Positions 35,991 through 45,015 of a stretch of 59,821 bases of DNA are shown one piece after another. Location: IMG/VR virus record IMGVR_UViG_3300037714_000050, one strand, 5' to 3'. The position numbers were made by a program, and so were the translations under genes. Below the pieces are notes generated by a model. That model made no database searches, had not been told where the DNA came from, and saw only the letters and a program-made list of their open reading frames with translations. Source of the stretch: a virus. Numbering within the stretch: position 1 is the stretch's first letter; each line of letters opens with the position of its first letter.

Positions 35991-36548
35991 ATGGAGACCA
36001 AGACGTTCGACGGTCGCAACGGAACGATCGTGATGAACGCGGACCGCATCCCGGTCGGCAGGATCCCAGGGCAGTTGTACAACACGCGGCGTCACCTGCC
36101 CGTGAGTATCGACATCCGAGTGGAGCGGCTGGAACGTAGGGCGCTGTACGAGACGATCCACCATGAGCAGGCGGAGCGGCCGCTGAACTTCCACATCCTC
36201 GCGACAGTGTGGCGACCGGATGGCCACGATGCGCTGGACGTGCGGCCAGCCACTGAGGTGCTGGCCACGACGGCACGCTACGGGCAACCAGCGGGTGGCC
36301 TGACTCGCGATGGACTGCGAGAGCTAGCGGAGTTCGTGGGTCGCTGGAACTTGAACGACATGCAGGCGGGGTGTGCGCATCAGGAGACGAAGATGCGCGG
36401 GCACTACCTGACCGCCGATGCATGCCCGCACACGGGGTACCGGTACGGCCAGGCGTGGCTGGTGGAGCCACTGCCTAGCGGGTTCATGGCCACGCTGAGC
36501 GGGTTCCTGGCCACTGCCCCACGTGACCGGGTGTACGTGCTTTCGTGA
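35991..36548 (+). CDS. Hypothetical protein (185 aa)
   Basis: AAGGAGGG RBS. Confidence 0.65.
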   Translation: METKTFDGRNGTIVMNADRIPVGRIPGQLYNTRRHLPVSIDIRVERLERRALYETIHHEQAERPLNFHILATVWRPDGHDALDVRPATEVLATTARYGQPAGGLTRDGLRELAEFVGRWNLNDMQAGCAHQETKMRGHYLTADACPHTGYRYGQAWLVEPLPSGFMATLSGFLATAPRDRVYVLS

Positions 36549-36620
36549 CGCTGGCTCTGCCCTACCGCATGTCGGTAGGGGAGGGGGAACGGCACGGATC
36601 ACTGAGACAAGGAGTAACCC

Positions 36621-36770
36621 ATGAACGGAATCATCATCTCTCGCAGCGAGGCGGAGGAGGGCAAGGCCGTGGCGTGGCGTGCCTACGAACACGGCATCAT
36701 CGACGCCCCGGCTGCGGCTGAGATCGCGGTGGACCTGGAGGCACGCGCTGTCCCGGAGGCGGACAGATGA
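36621..36770 (+). CDS. Small protein (49 aa)
   Basis: AAGGAG RBS with ATG 36621. Confidence 0.5.
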   Translation: MNGIIISRSEAEEGKAVAWRAYEHGIIDAPAAAEIAVDLEARAVPEADR

Positions 36771-36931
36771 GCGACTGGGACGCCATCGAGGCAGCGTGCG
36801 AGGCGATGCATGACTACGCGTACGAGGACACCTCACCTGAGGAGTTGGACGTACGCCTGGCGAGGATCACGTCAACGATGAACGAGGGTCCGACGAAGCG
36901 GATCCTCTCGGCAGCAAGGAGTACTACGTGA
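36767..36931 (+). CDS. Small acidic protein (54 aa)
   Basis: ATGA overlap upstream and GTGA overlap downstream. Confidence 0.5.
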   Translation: MSDWDAIEAACEAMHDYAYEDTSPEELDVRLARITSTMNEGPTKRILSAARSTT

Positions 36932-37149
36932 GCAAGACCATTCCGACCGTGACGCACCTGAAGAAGTTGACTCCGTGTCAGCACAAGGGTGCGTCATGGA
37001 ACGTGGCGCTGGTGATGGCCGTGCAGTGCATCGGTGCGGAGGTCACGATCCCGCAGCGCAACGAGATCGTGCAGCAACTCCTGCGAGGGGAGGCGGTGTG
37101 GCTCGGCAGGCATCTGGTCCATGGCGAACTGACGGGCGACGAGTCATGA
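36928..37149 (+). CDS. Hypothetical protein (73 aa)
   Basis: ORF track. Confidence 0.55.
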   Translation: MSKTIPTVTHLKKLTPCQHKGASWNVALVMAVQCIGAEVTIPQRNEIVQQLLRGEAVWLGRHLVHGELTGDES

Positions 37150-37331
37150 GGTTGCTACAGGAGATCTTCCTGGGCATGGTCACGCAGAGGCCCCAGGGTG
37201 GGCCGCTGGACTATGCCGATGTGGTCAGCGTGCAGTGGTTGCAGCGGACGGTCGGCGGCGTGCTGTTCCGGGGAGCGTTGATGTTCTTCAGTGGCTCGCT
37301 GATCGGCGAAGCCCTCCTGCTGTTCATCTAG
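37146..37331 (+). CDS. Small membrane protein (61 aa)
   Basis: ATGA overlap. Ends ...ALMFFSGSLIGEALLLFI. Confidence 0.5.
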   Translation: MRLLQEIFLGMVTQRPQGGPLDYADVVSVQWLQRTVGGVLFRGALMFFSGSLIGEALLLFI

Positions 37332-37343
37332 GGGGGATCGCAA

Positions 37344-37601
37344 GTGACGGTAGACACAGGACAGCACGCGCTGGAGCGAGCGCTGGAGCAGAACCGGCTC
37401 TACGCGCTGGAGAAGAAGCGCAAGAAGCGGCTGGCCTACGTGTGGCACCTGATGCGTAGGCGTCGGGAGCAGGGTCGGCTCACGGCTGAGCAGTGGGACA
37501 CGTGGTCGGACGACTACGTGTCCAGCCTGGAGGCGTCACCGTGGCGCACGTTCTGCGACAGGCAACGGCATCAGGTGCGGCGCATCGGAGGCGGTTGGTA
37601 G
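37344..37601 (+). CDS. Hypothetical basic protein (85 aa)
   Basis: GTG start after GGGGGGA. Confidence 0.55.
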   Translation: MTVDTGQHALERALEQNRLYALEKKRKKRLAYVWHLMRRRREQGRLTAEQWDTWSDDYVSSLEASPWRTFCDRQRHQVRRIGGGW

Positions 37602-37652
37602 GGCATCACCCCCACCTACGGGTGGGGGATGGTGCCGTGCTCATCGGCACGG

Positions 37653-37670
37653 TGGAAAACATGTTTTCTA
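37653..37670. promoter_or_regulatory. Palindromic motif copy 8/13 (TGGAAAACATGTTTTCTA)
   Basis: Follows two hairpins. 11 nt upstream of ATG 37681. Confidence 0.6.
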
Positions 37671-37680
37671 GGGAGGTTGC

Positions 37681-37926
37681 ATGGGGAACTTCAACAGGAG
37701 TCAGTGGGAGGGCGCGCTGTCTGACCTGAAGGATGTCGCGCACGACAGCGGCGTCACTCCGGAGCAGACGGACGCGTGGTCGGTGCGACACACGGGGCCG
37801 AGGGGGAGGAGCGAGTTCGGGTACTACACGGACAACGGCTTCCGCGTCATCGCCGTGCTGTTCGAGCCGAACCACCTGCGGGACCTGTGCCACCTGTTCG
37901 ACGGAATCAAGGGGAGGACGACATGA
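37681..37926 (+). CDS. Hypothetical protein (81 aa)
   Basis: GGGAGG RBS. Confidence 0.65.
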   Translation: MGNFNRSQWEGALSDLKDVAHDSGVTPEQTDAWSVRHTGPRGRSEFGYYTDNGFRVIAVLFEPNHLRDLCHLFDGIKGRTT

Positions 37927-38576
37927 GGATCACCAGAGAATCAGCTTCACGCTGGATCGACGTCATGCTCCGGGGTGAGGTCATCGGCTTCGTGTACCCC
38001 CGGACATCTGGGGGCGGCAAGCCCATGTGGGGGGCCGTCATCGAGAGGCCAGGCAAGACCGGTGAGCACATTGGCCACGCCATCAGCGCAGACATCGCCG
38101 CCGACATGGTGGTGGACGAGTACCGGAGAGAGGAACACATGGAGACCGCACTCATCGTGGACATGGACAACACCATTTCCCTGAACGTGACGAAGCGTCC
38201 GTGGTACGGGCCAGGGTTCGAGAAGCGAGTCTTCGAGGACTCCGTGAACGAGATGGTCAACCACGTGGCCAGCACCCTCTGGTCGGAGGGTGTCGTGGAC
38301 CACGTGCTGTTCACCTCTGGGCGCATGGAGGTGGGACGCAAGGAGACGACGCGCTGGCTGCTGGAGAAGGCGGGCTGGGGCATGGGTCCGAGCGTCCACC
38401 TGCTCATGCGCAAGGACAAGGACACCCGCCCGGACCACGTGGTCAAGCGGGAGATCTACGACGAGCACATCAAGCCCTACTACAACGTGCTCCTGGCGAT
38501 GGACGACAAGCCCAGCATCCTGGAACTGTGGCGCAGCCTGGACATCCCGGCCTGGCAGGTCCGCGAGTACGAGTGA
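37923..38576 (+). CDS. HAD-superfamily phosphatase (polynucleotide 3'-phosphatase / nucleotidase-like) with extra N-terminal domain
   Basis: ALIVDMDNTISL is a DxDxT motif. ...FTSGR... and ...LLAMDDKPS... fit the later HAD motifs. ATGA overlap start. Confidence 0.6.
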   Translation: MRITRESASRWIDVMLRGEVIGFVYPRTSGGGKPMWGAVIERPGKTGEHIGHAISADIAADMVVDEYRREEHMETALIVDMDNTISLNVTKRPWYGPGFEKRVFEDSVNEMVNHVASTLWSEGVVDHVLFTSGRMEVGRKETTRWLLEKAGWGMGPSVHLLMRKDKDTRPDHVVKREIYDEHIKPYYNVLLAMDDKPSILELWRSLDIPAWQVREYE

Positions 38577-38580
38577 CTGT

Positions 38581-38598
38581 CGGAAAACCAGTTTTCTA
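38581..38598. promoter_or_regulatory. Palindromic motif copy 9/13 (CGGAAAACCAGTTTTCTA; imperfect centre)
   Basis: 15 nt upstream of GTG 38613. Confidence 0.55.
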
Positions 38599-38612
38599 GG
38601 AGAGGCAACGCC

Positions 38613-38864
38613 GTGGACATTCGTAGTAACGCAGTCATCCGTGTCAGCACCGCCGTTGACGGGTCCAAGCGGGTCAAGATCCGCAAGCCAGCCAGGCGTC
38701 GGACCACTGACCTGGAAAGTCTCAAAGTGCAGGCGGACGTACTCGCCCAGGCCATGAGGCTTGCAGGCGGGGACCCCAACCGCATCGAGCCGGTCGTGGA
38801 GTCGGCGGTGGACGGCGTGGTCATGGAGGTTCGCGTCATCAACCGACCGCGAGGGGAGGGGTAG
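38613..38864 (+). CDS. Hypothetical protein (83 aa)
   Basis: ORF track, GTG start. Confidence 0.55.
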   Translation: MDIRSNAVIRVSTAVDGSKRVKIRKPARRRTTDLESLKVQADVLAQAMRLAGGDPNRIEPVVESAVDGVVMEVRVINRPRGEG

Positions 38865-38868
38865 GGGC

Positions 38869-39051
38869 ATGCCGAAGAAGAAGCCAACGGAGGTGTGGCT
38901 GTGCCCGTACGACGCCAGTGACCTGCTGGTGAACGCCAGGCAGGGTGTCATCACTCGGCAGTGCCCGAAGTGTGGCCTGCTGTGGAGCCAGGGTGGGGCT
39001 CCGCTGCACGGCCACCGCATGAACGCCGTCTACACGTTGGAGGACCGATGA
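38869..39051 (+). CDS. Small zinc-ribbon protein (60 aa)
   Basis: MPKKKPTEVWLCPYD...RQCPKCG. Confidence 0.5.
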   Translation: MPKKKPTEVWLCPYDASDLLVNARQGVITRQCPKCGLLWSQGGAPLHGHRMNAVYTLEDR

Positions 39052-39437
39052 GCAGGGAAATCTGGGTAGTCAGTGCAACGACCGCAGGCAACGCTGTGGA
39101 CCCGGAGGAGACGCACTTCTACGGGAGCATGGACGCCGCGCTGGAGTCGTTCATGAGCGAGGTGGCGTACACGATCGAACACCTCCTCGCCACGGTGGAG
39201 GAGGCCACGGCGGAGGACGTGGGGCTGGCGGAGCTTGACCAGCGCTACGGCATCGACAAGGAGCAGACGACCTCCGCCTATCGGTCGGTGCTGGAGGGTG
39301 ACCCGGACACGGGGGCGCTGCCTGCCGTGGCCGTGGAGCAGCGCATCCCGTGGGGGAACACGGCGTGGGTGCACGTCATGGAGAAGATGACCATCTCCGA
39401 CGAGTGGTACGACCAGAACAAGGGAGAGGTGCAGTGA
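39048..39437 (+). CDS. Hypothetical acidic protein (129 aa)
   Basis: ATGA overlap start. Confidence 0.6.
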   Translation: MSREIWVVSATTAGNAVDPEETHFYGSMDAALESFMSEVAYTIEHLLATVEEATAEDVGLAELDQRYGIDKEQTTSAYRSVLEGDPDTGALPAVAVEQRIPWGNTAWVHVMEKMTISDEWYDQNKGEVQ

Positions 39438-39832
39438 CGTTGCACATCAAGCCGCAGGAGGCGCTGGCTGCGCTGCGTGAGGTAGTCGAGGACGCGGGGC
39501 GAGACCACGTGGACGTGAACGCTGGCGCCACGTCGGGGTGCAAGTACGTCGCCAGCGCCGTGCCGGAGTGCATCGTCGGTCGCGTGCTGCACCGCATGGG
39601 TGTGGAGATCGAGGTCCTGCGGCAGATGGACGCGGACGATGAGCCGGTCATCGAGACAGGTGGCTCAGCGATCCTGTCTCACCACGAGGTGTCGATGGAC
39701 CACCGCGCTCGCACCCTGCTCGCGACGGCGCAGAGCCTCCAGGACAAGGGGAAGGACTGGGGTGAGGCGCTGGATGAGGTCGAGCGCATCGCCCGGTCCC
39801 TCGCCGTCATCGTCCCCAAGAGCGCGTCGTGA
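39434..39832 (+). CDS. Hypothetical protein, paralog of 40344-40751
   Basis: Shared blocks CIVGRVLHRMGV / CIVGDVLHRLGV and AQSLQDKGKDWGEAL / AQSLQDTGTPWGEAL. Confidence 0.6.
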   Translation: MTLHIKPQEALAALREVVEDAGRDHVDVNAGATSGCKYVASAVPECIVGRVLHRMGVEIEVLRQMDADDEPVIETGGSAILSHHEVSMDHRARTLLATAQSLQDKGKDWGEALDEVERIARSLAVIVPKSAS

Positions 39833-39957
39833 AGGGGTTCATCGAGGGCTTCAGGTGCATCGAGGCGTTCGACATGTTCCTGATCGGCGGGTGGTCGGCC
39901 TGCGGGATGCTCGCGGGCTTCGTGGGCACGCTACTCACGGCCGCGTTCCACCCGTAA
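39829..39957 (+). CDS. Small membrane protein (42 aa)
   Basis: GTGA overlap. ...FLIGGWSACGMLAGFVGTLLTAAF. Confidence 0.4.
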   Translation: MKGFIEGFRCIEAFDMFLIGGWSACGMLAGFVGTLLTAAFHP

Positions 39958-39971
39958 CGACCCTGAAATAC

Positions 39972-40000
39972 TGGACATTTCACCTCTAGTATGGTATGAT
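39972..40000 (+). promoter_or_regulatory. Sigma-70/SigA-like promoter TGGACA-N17-TATGAT
   Basis: Read directly in a locally AT-richer stretch, 19 nt upstream of ATG 40019. Confidence 0.55.
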
Positions 40001-40018
40001 AGAGGGGTAGGGAGAGTC

Positions 40019-40273
40019 ATGGAACTGAGCAGCCCACCTGGCACGGATGCCAGCGTGACCCGGCGCAAGTTCGTAGTGGAGATCGACCTGTCCAACTCCG
40101 CATTCGGGGAGGGGGAGAACCCCGAGCCCTGGGAAGTGGGCACGGAGGTGGCGCGCATCCTGCGGGAGGTGGCAGACCTCATGTACGGGGGTGTCCACCC
40201 GCGCAAGCACCGCCTGTTCGACGTGAACGGAGGGTTCGTCGGGACTGCCGAGTTCAAGGAGTCGGCAGGCTAG
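40019..40273 (+). CDS. Hypothetical protein (84 aa)
   Basis: GGGAGAG RBS. Confidence 0.65.
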   Translation: MELSSPPGTDASVTRRKFVVEIDLSNSAFGEGENPEPWEVGTEVARILREVADLMYGGVHPRKHRLFDVNGGFVGTAEFKESAG

Positions 40274-40291
40274 AAGCAGTACCAGCAAGAG

Positions 40292-40320
40292 AAGGGCCGG
40301 GGTGTGGCACCCCGGCCCTT
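40292..40320 (+). terminator. Hairpin terminator
   Basis: AAGGGCCGGGGTG tgg CACCCCGGCCCTT. Confidence 0.6.
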
Positions 40321-40343
40321 GGTGTCTACCAAGGAGAACGGCA

Positions 40344-40751
40344 ATGAAGAGTGTGACCTACAAGGAGACGCTGGAAGCCATGAAGGCTGCGGTCTCAGAG
40401 AAGGGCGACGAGTACGTCTACGAGCGGCAGGAGCACCCGAACGTGGGGCTGCACGGGTCGCTGGGCGTCTGCCTCAACACCACGCCGGACGGCAAGAAGA
40501 CGGGGTGCATCGTAGGCGACGTGCTCCACCGTCTGGGTGTGTCGCTGACGTGGCTGGGCTGCGGAGAGAACATCAACAACTCGGCGGCTGGCCTGCTCTC
40601 GAAGCTCCGGCACGAGGAACTGTACGACTTCGACCGCAACTCCCTGCTGCTCCTGTCCGAAGCGCAGTCGCTTCAGGACACGGGCACCCCGTGGGGCGAG
40701 GCGCTGTCCAAGGCTGTCGCCTACGTGGAGACCGGTTCTCACGTGGACTGA
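40344..40751 (+). CDS. Hypothetical protein, paralog of 39434-39832
   Basis: AAGGAG RBS with ATG 40344 (MKSVTYKE). Confidence 0.6.
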   Translation: MKSVTYKETLEAMKAAVSEKGDEYVYERQEHPNVGLHGSLGVCLNTTPDGKKTGCIVGDVLHRLGVSLTWLGCGENINNSAAGLLSKLRHEELYDFDRNSLLLLSEAQSLQDTGTPWGEALSKAVAYVETGSHVD

Positions 40752-40810
40752 CACTGCTAGCCCATACCCCCCGGCCCAGGTCGGGCGGGTGTGGGGTGAT
40801 CGTGTCACCA

Positions 40811-40828
40811 CAGAAAACCGGTTTTCCA
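40811..40828. promoter_or_regulatory. Palindromic motif copy 10/13 (CAGAAAACCGGTTTTCCA)
   Basis: 14 nt upstream of ATG 40842. Confidence 0.6.
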
Positions 40829-40841
40829 GCAAGGAGGCAGC

Positions 40842-41093
40842 ATGTTGGACACTCCAGCGCAGGTAGAAGAGGCGCTGAACGTAGTCGAATCCCTCATCGC
40901 TCACGGAGAGGTCGAGAAGGGCGTCAGTCTGGTGCGCCTTCTCGTCCGTGAGTCCACCGGCTACCCGATCTCAGAACAGGAGGCCGAGGACTTGACAGTC
41001 CGTGTGGCAGGGCGGTTGGCGTTGAGCGGCGAAGTTGCCGCTGTCGAACATGCGATGAACGAACTGACGCACTTCCGTAACCTGCCTCGGTGA
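40842..41093 (+). CDS. Hypothetical protein (83 aa)
   Basis: AAGGAGG RBS. Confidence 0.65.
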   Translation: MLDTPAQVEEALNVVESLIAHGEVEKGVSLVRLLVRESTGYPISEQEAEDLTVRVAGRLALSGEVAAVEHAMNELTHFRNLPR

Positions 41094-41248
41094 CGAAAGT
41101 CGTCTGCGAACACGGGTACGTGGCGTATATCGCTGACGAATCCGTGCTTCAAGAAATGGGGTTCGAGCACGTCATGGTGAGCATTGAGTTTGCTTGTACT
41201 CAATGCGATGTGTCGGTTCTGGTAGACCAGCATGTCAAGACCGACTAG
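41090..41248 (+). CDS. Possible small Cys-containing protein (52 aa)
   Basis: GTGA overlap. Locally lower GC. Confidence 0.35.
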   Translation: MTKVVCEHGYVAYIADESVLQEMGFEHVMVSIEFACTQCDVSVLVDQHVKTD

Positions 41249-41297
41249 TTGGAGTGGGCGGGAAGGTCCCGCCCACTCCCTCATGGAAGGGTGCGAG

Positions 41298-41648
41298 ATG
41301 GGTTTCAAGGATGCGCTGTACGACTTCAGGACGCAGCGGGAACAGCGTCGCTCGGAGCGCAAGCAGGAGAGGGCGATGAACACTGCCGTCTTCAAGTACG
41401 CATCGCAGTTGTACGTCGATGACCCGCACTCCTGGGGGCAGGAGGAGTTCGAGCAGATCATGGAGGACGCCAACGAGGAGTTGCGCCAGCGGCGCATGGC
41501 CCGTGTCGTCGGGCTGCTCGTGGTGATCCTGGTGTGGGGCTCTGGGTTCTACGCCGCATGGTCCCTGAAGCCGGGCGTGGTCGAGTGCGACATCGTGGTG
41601 CAGGGGGCGGACATCCCGAACGTGGTCGAGTGCCAGGGAGTGAACTAG
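41298..41648 (+). CDS. Membrane protein (116 aa)
   Basis: TM segment VVGLLVVILVWGSGFYAAW. The start is ambiguous (41232, 41283 or 41298). Confidence 0.55.
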   Translation: MGFKDALYDFRTQREQRRSERKQERAMNTAVFKYASQLYVDDPHSWGQEEFEQIMEDANEELRQRRMARVVGLLVVILVWGSGFYAAWSLKPGVVECDIVVQGADIPNVVECQGVN

Positions 41649-42575
41649 ATGGTGATCGTGGACACCAACCGAATCCCGAAGGACCTCAGGGAGGTAGCCA
41701 GAGAGGCCGAGAAGAAGTTCGAGTGGTACGTCGTGGCGAGGAAGAAGAACGGCTACCTGATGTCGTCGCCCGGCAAGACGAAGACGTTCTACATCCCGTT
41801 CAAGACGAACAACGCCCACCTGGAAGCGAAGAAGTTTCGCATGGCGATGGCCGAAGCCGCCCTCACGGAGGGCGGGACTATCCAGGAGATCGCAGAGAAG
41901 GCGCTGACCGACAGCGAGATCGTCATCCAGGTCGTGTGCGACGACTGTGCACAGACGTTCATGTCGATGGAGGGGTACAGGGCGCACCGGTGCCCAGGGG
42001 GCAGCACTGCCCCCGTGAGGGGCGGCAACGACGTCGTTGACTCGGTGCTCCTCGGGCCAGTTTCCGTGGCGCCAGAGAGGCACACAGACCCCGCCATCGA
42101 TGACGGCGAGCCGATGCGTGGATCGTTCGGTTCGGGTAGTATGAGCAACAAGGAGGAAGCAATGGTCGTCAAGGGTGAGAAGCGTGGAACGTACCGCAAG
42201 AGCGCCAAGGTCCAGCCGGGCCTGGCGCGTGTCATCTACGAGGTGATACGGGACACGCCGCAGTGGAAGTCCGAGGCGGCATCGGCGTATGCGAACCGCG
42301 TCGCTGACAAGGTAGCGGCCAAGGTCCCGGAGCAGGTACCGGTCGAGGCTGCTGAGGCACCGGTCCAGGCCGTCCAGTCCGCCAGCAACGAAGAGGTGGC
42401 AGCGCTGGCCACCGAGTTGGCTGAGGCGCGGGAGAAGCTGGCCAAGATCACGGAGGTGCTGGGCATCGACGTGTCCCTCATCACCGAGGCGCAGGAGTTG
42501 CGCGAGACGAACCGCATCCTGAAGGAGAACGTCGGCGCACTGAAGGACCTGTTCGAGGGGATCAAAGATCTATGA
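41649..42575 (+). CDS. Hypothetical protein (308 aa, C-terminal coiled coil)
   Basis: ORF track. Confidence 0.65.
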   Translation: MVIVDTNRIPKDLREVAREAEKKFEWYVVARKKNGYLMSSPGKTKTFYIPFKTNNAHLEAKKFRMAMAEAALTEGGTIQEIAEKALTDSEIVIQVVCDDCAQTFMSMEGYRAHRCPGGSTAPVRGGNDVVDSVLLGPVSVAPERHTDPAIDDGEPMRGSFGSGSMSNKEEAMVVKGEKRGTYRKSAKVQPGLARVIYEVIRDTPQWKSEAASAYANRVADKVAAKVPEQVPVEAAEAPVQAVQSASNEEVAALATELAEAREKLAKITEVLGIDVSLITEAQELRETNRILKENVGALKDLFEGIKDL

Positions 42576-42585
42576 GGGAGGTGGC

Positions 42586-42792
42586 ATGGGGTACAACGAC
42601 GACGACATTCTCTGGGCGCATCAGGTCGCAGCCATAGCGAATGTCGATCCGAAGACCGTTGGTCGGTGGGCTCGGGAGGGACGCATCCCTGTTGAGTCCA
42701 CCACGATGGGAGGGCACCGCCGGTACAAGTACGGCGATGTCATGGAAGCGCTGGCCAAGGTCAACGGCAGCGAGAGCGAAGAGGAGAACTGA
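42586..42792 (+). CDS. MerR/excisionase-type HTH DNA-binding protein
   Basis: [23 protein letters not shown]...GGHRRY. Confidence 0.65.
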   Translation: MGYNDDDILWAHQVAAIANVDPKTVGRWAREGRIPVESTTMGGHRRYKYGDVMEALAKVNGSESEEEN

Positions 42793-43256
42793 TGGCAGGC
42801 GACACCCTCATCACCGTGGTGGGGAACCTGACAGGTGACCCGGAGTTGAAGTTCACTCCATCGGGTGCGGCGGTAGCCAACTTCACCGTGGCTTCCACGC
42901 CTCGCAGCTTCAACAAGCAGAGCAACGAGTGGCAGGACGGCGAGACGCTGTTCATGCGCTGCGCTCTGTGGCGTGAGGCTGCGGAGAACGTGGCCGAGTC
43001 CCTGGTCAAGGGGCTCCGGGTCATCGTGCAGGGGCGGCTGGTGCAGCGCTCGTACGAGACCAAGGAAGGTGACAAGCGCACAGTCGTGGAGTTGCAGGTC
43101 GAGGAAGTCGGCCCGTCTCTGCGCTATGCGTCGGCCAAGGTGACCCGGACGGGCAACACGTCGGGTGGAGGGTCGGGCATGCAGCGCTCCCGTCCAGCCG
43201 CTGGGGGTGACCCGTGGGCCGCTCAGCCTCCCGTGAACGACGAGCCGCCGTTCTAG
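42792..43256 (+). CDS. ssb: Single-stranded DNA-binding protein
   Basis: OB-fold signature [29 protein letters not shown]. Gly-rich tail ending in the acidic DEPPF. Confidence 0.95.
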   Translation: MAGDTLITVVGNLTGDPELKFTPSGAAVANFTVASTPRSFNKQSNEWQDGETLFMRCALWREAAENVAESLVKGLRVIVQGRLVQRSYETKEGDKRTVVELQVEEVGPSLRYASAKVTRTGNTSGGGSGMQRSRPAAGGDPWAAQPPVNDEPPF

Positions 43257-43360
43257 CCAGCAAGGCGCTACTGACTGGCTTCATTGCTGGTTCAGTCAGT
43301 GGGTTCATCGTGTCAGCACTCACGCTCACGATGTGACCAAGAAGTGCAAGTAGGACATTC

Positions 43361-43378
43361 CAGAAAACATGTTTTCCA
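43361..43378. promoter_or_regulatory. Palindromic motif copy 11/13 (CAGAAAACATGTTTTCCA)
   Basis: Preceded by GGACATTC. 11 nt upstream of ATG 43389. Confidence 0.6.
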
Positions 43379-43388
43379 GGAGGAAACA

Positions 43389-43724
43389 ATGGCCAGCACT
43401 GCCAAGGCCCAGCGCGCCAAGCACCGCGCCTTCAAGCGGTTCGTCGAGACGGACCCCGCCACGTGGGAGAAGCTGCTGAAGGAGGAGTACGAGAAGGACG
43501 GCCTGACGTACCAGCGCCGCCTCACTCCGCAGGAGCGCAAGGAGCGCGACGAGGCCGAGAAGAAGGCCAAGGCCGAGGAGCAGATCCGCAAGCTCTCCGA
43601 GGCGAACGGCATCCCGGTCGTGATCGGGAAGACCGAGGCCGAGATCGAACGTGAGGCTGCGCTGGGTGCTCGGGCCGAGGCCGAGGAGGCTGCCCGGGAC
43701 GCAGTCAACGAAGCCAACATGTAG
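43389..43724 (+). CDS. Hypothetical charged coiled-coil protein (111 aa)
   Basis: AGGAGG RBS. Internal start MASTAKAQR of ORF 43284. Confidence 0.6.
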   Translation: MASTAKAQRAKHRAFKRFVETDPATWEKLLKEEYEKDGLTYQRRLTPQERKERDEAEKKAKAEEQIRKLSEANGIPVVIGKTEAEIEREAALGARAEAEEAARDAVNEANM

Positions 43725-43737
43725 CACGTGAGTAGAC

Positions 43738-43765
43738 GAGAGCCGGGACTTCGGTCCTGGCTCTC
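43738..43765 (+). terminator. Hairpin terminator
   Basis: GAGAGCCGGGAC ttcg GTCCTGGCTCTC. Confidence 0.6.
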
Positions 43766-43783
43766 GTCATGTCAGGAGGAATC

Positions 43784-44218
43784 ATGAAACTGCCCACGGT
43801 AACGAGGCAGGGGCACTGGCACCCGGACGGCATCCGCGCAGTGATGCGTCGCCGGGGTGTGCGGGCCTGGCGTATCGAGTTCGAGCAGAAGCGGCCCGAC
43901 GTGTGGTCCGGTGGCTACACGATCGGTGACCACGGCATCGCTGGCCTGTGGAACGGCAACTACCACATCACGGTGGGCTCTCGTGAAGGATCGATGCTGT
44001 TCCGGGAAGGTGAGGACGGGACGGCGATGACCGAGATAGACATCCCGCTCCCGTGGCCTGGGTTCAGCCGGGAGTGGCGGGTGTATACCGACCAGGAGAA
44101 GTGGTCGGTGGTGGTGATCGCGCTGGCCGAGCGCAGCTTCCTCACGAGCCCAGGCCGCGTGGTGCGCATGCTGTGGTCCGACTACAAGCACTGGCTGAAG
44201 GGCAGGAGAAGGACGTGA
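43784..44218 (+). CDS. Hypothetical protein (144 aa)
   Basis: AGGAGG RBS with ATG 43784. Confidence 0.6.
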   Translation: MKLPTVTRQGHWHPDGIRAVMRRRGVRAWRIEFEQKRPDVWSGGYTIGDHGIAGLWNGNYHITVGSREGSMLFREGEDGTAMTEIDIPLPWPGFSREWRVYTDQEKWSVVVIALAERSFLTSPGRVVRMLWSDYKHWLKGRRRT

Positions 44219-44415
44219 TGATCACGCCAGAGCAGATCGCCGCGACGATCGCAGCCGCGCTGGATGGCGACTGGGACGACGGGCTGGAGGCGTACATCGA
44301 GGCTGCCGCAGATGGCAGCGACATCATCGTCATCACGAAGGGCGACGACCCGGAGGGTGACGGGCTGGTGATCACGGGTGGCTTCACGGTCACGGTGAGC
44401 GAGTCGCAGACGTGA
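44218..44415 (+). CDS. Small acidic protein (65 aa)
   Basis: TGATG overlap. Confidence 0.5.
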   Translation: MITPEQIAATIAAALDGDWDDGLEAYIEAAADGSDIIVITKGDDPEGDGLVITGGFTVTVSESQT

Positions 44416-44639
44416 AGGGCCAGGTCGTCCTTCATGAGGGGTGCTCGTTTGTGTCATGCCCACGGTGTCCTGCGCTGCGTGGGCGCTACAGCAAGCACGA
44501 GTCAGCGATGGCATTCATCGACTGGCACATGCGCTCAGGGTTCCATGCCCTGATGTCAGAGAGGGAGAGGGAGCAGTGGCAGGTACGGAGTGTGGTGCAA
44601 GGAAGCAGACGGAGCGCTGGGTCTGGACGGGTCCGCTGA
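44412..44639 (+). CDS. Hypothetical protein (75 aa), uncertain
   Basis: GTG start. An alternative overlapping frame (GTG 44576 to 44728) has a better RBS. Confidence 0.3.
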   Translation: MKGQVVLHEGCSFVSCPRCPALRGRYSKHESAMAFIDWHMRSGFHALMSEREREQWQVRSVVQGSRRSAGSGRVR

Positions 44640-44718
44640 AGGGGCACTACGTGATGCTGGTCTGCCGCCTGGCGGACAACCACCTGGGCCACCACCACGA
44701 CACCGTGGAGAAGGAGCG

Positions 44719-45015
44719 TTGGGCGTAGTCCGCAGGGTCATCTACGAGGTGGTGAAGTTCGCCATCTACGTGGTCACTGGCCTCATCGTCCTGTTCCCCC
44801 GGATCCCCGACGAAGCACCTCGGGACTTCGGGGAAGGTCTGATCCTGATGGCAGCCCTGTCTGCCATCTACATAGCCGTGACCAGCACCATGGAGTGGGT
44901 GCGAGGCACGGTTCTGGACATCATCGCGAGAAGGAAGGCCAAGCGTGACGCACGACATCGAGCAGCTTCTGTCCATGAAGGCGAACATCCTGGAGCGGGT
45001 GATAGCAGCCCTTGA
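44719..45015 (+). CDS. Possible membrane protein
   Basis: TTG after AAGGAG. VVKFAIYVVTGLIVLF and LILMAALSAIYIAV. Overlaps the next gene by 71 nt. Confidence 0.35.
   Translation: MGVVRRVIYEVVKFAIYVVTGLIVLFPRIPDEAPRDFGEGLILMAALSAIYIAVTSTMEWVRGTVLDIIARRKAKRDARHRAASVHEGEHPGAGDSSP

Noticed and set aside
33310-43378. The palindrome acting as an mRNA hairpin that occludes the RBS
   Set aside because: The stem would be 5-7 A-U pairs with a 2-4 nt loop, which is very weak. The motif also occurs away from RBSs and in both gene orientations, which fits a DNA operator better.
44412-44728. Which of two overlapping frames is coding (44412-44639 or GTG 44576-44728)
   Set aside because: It cannot be resolved from sequence alone. 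The first frame is reported at low confidence.
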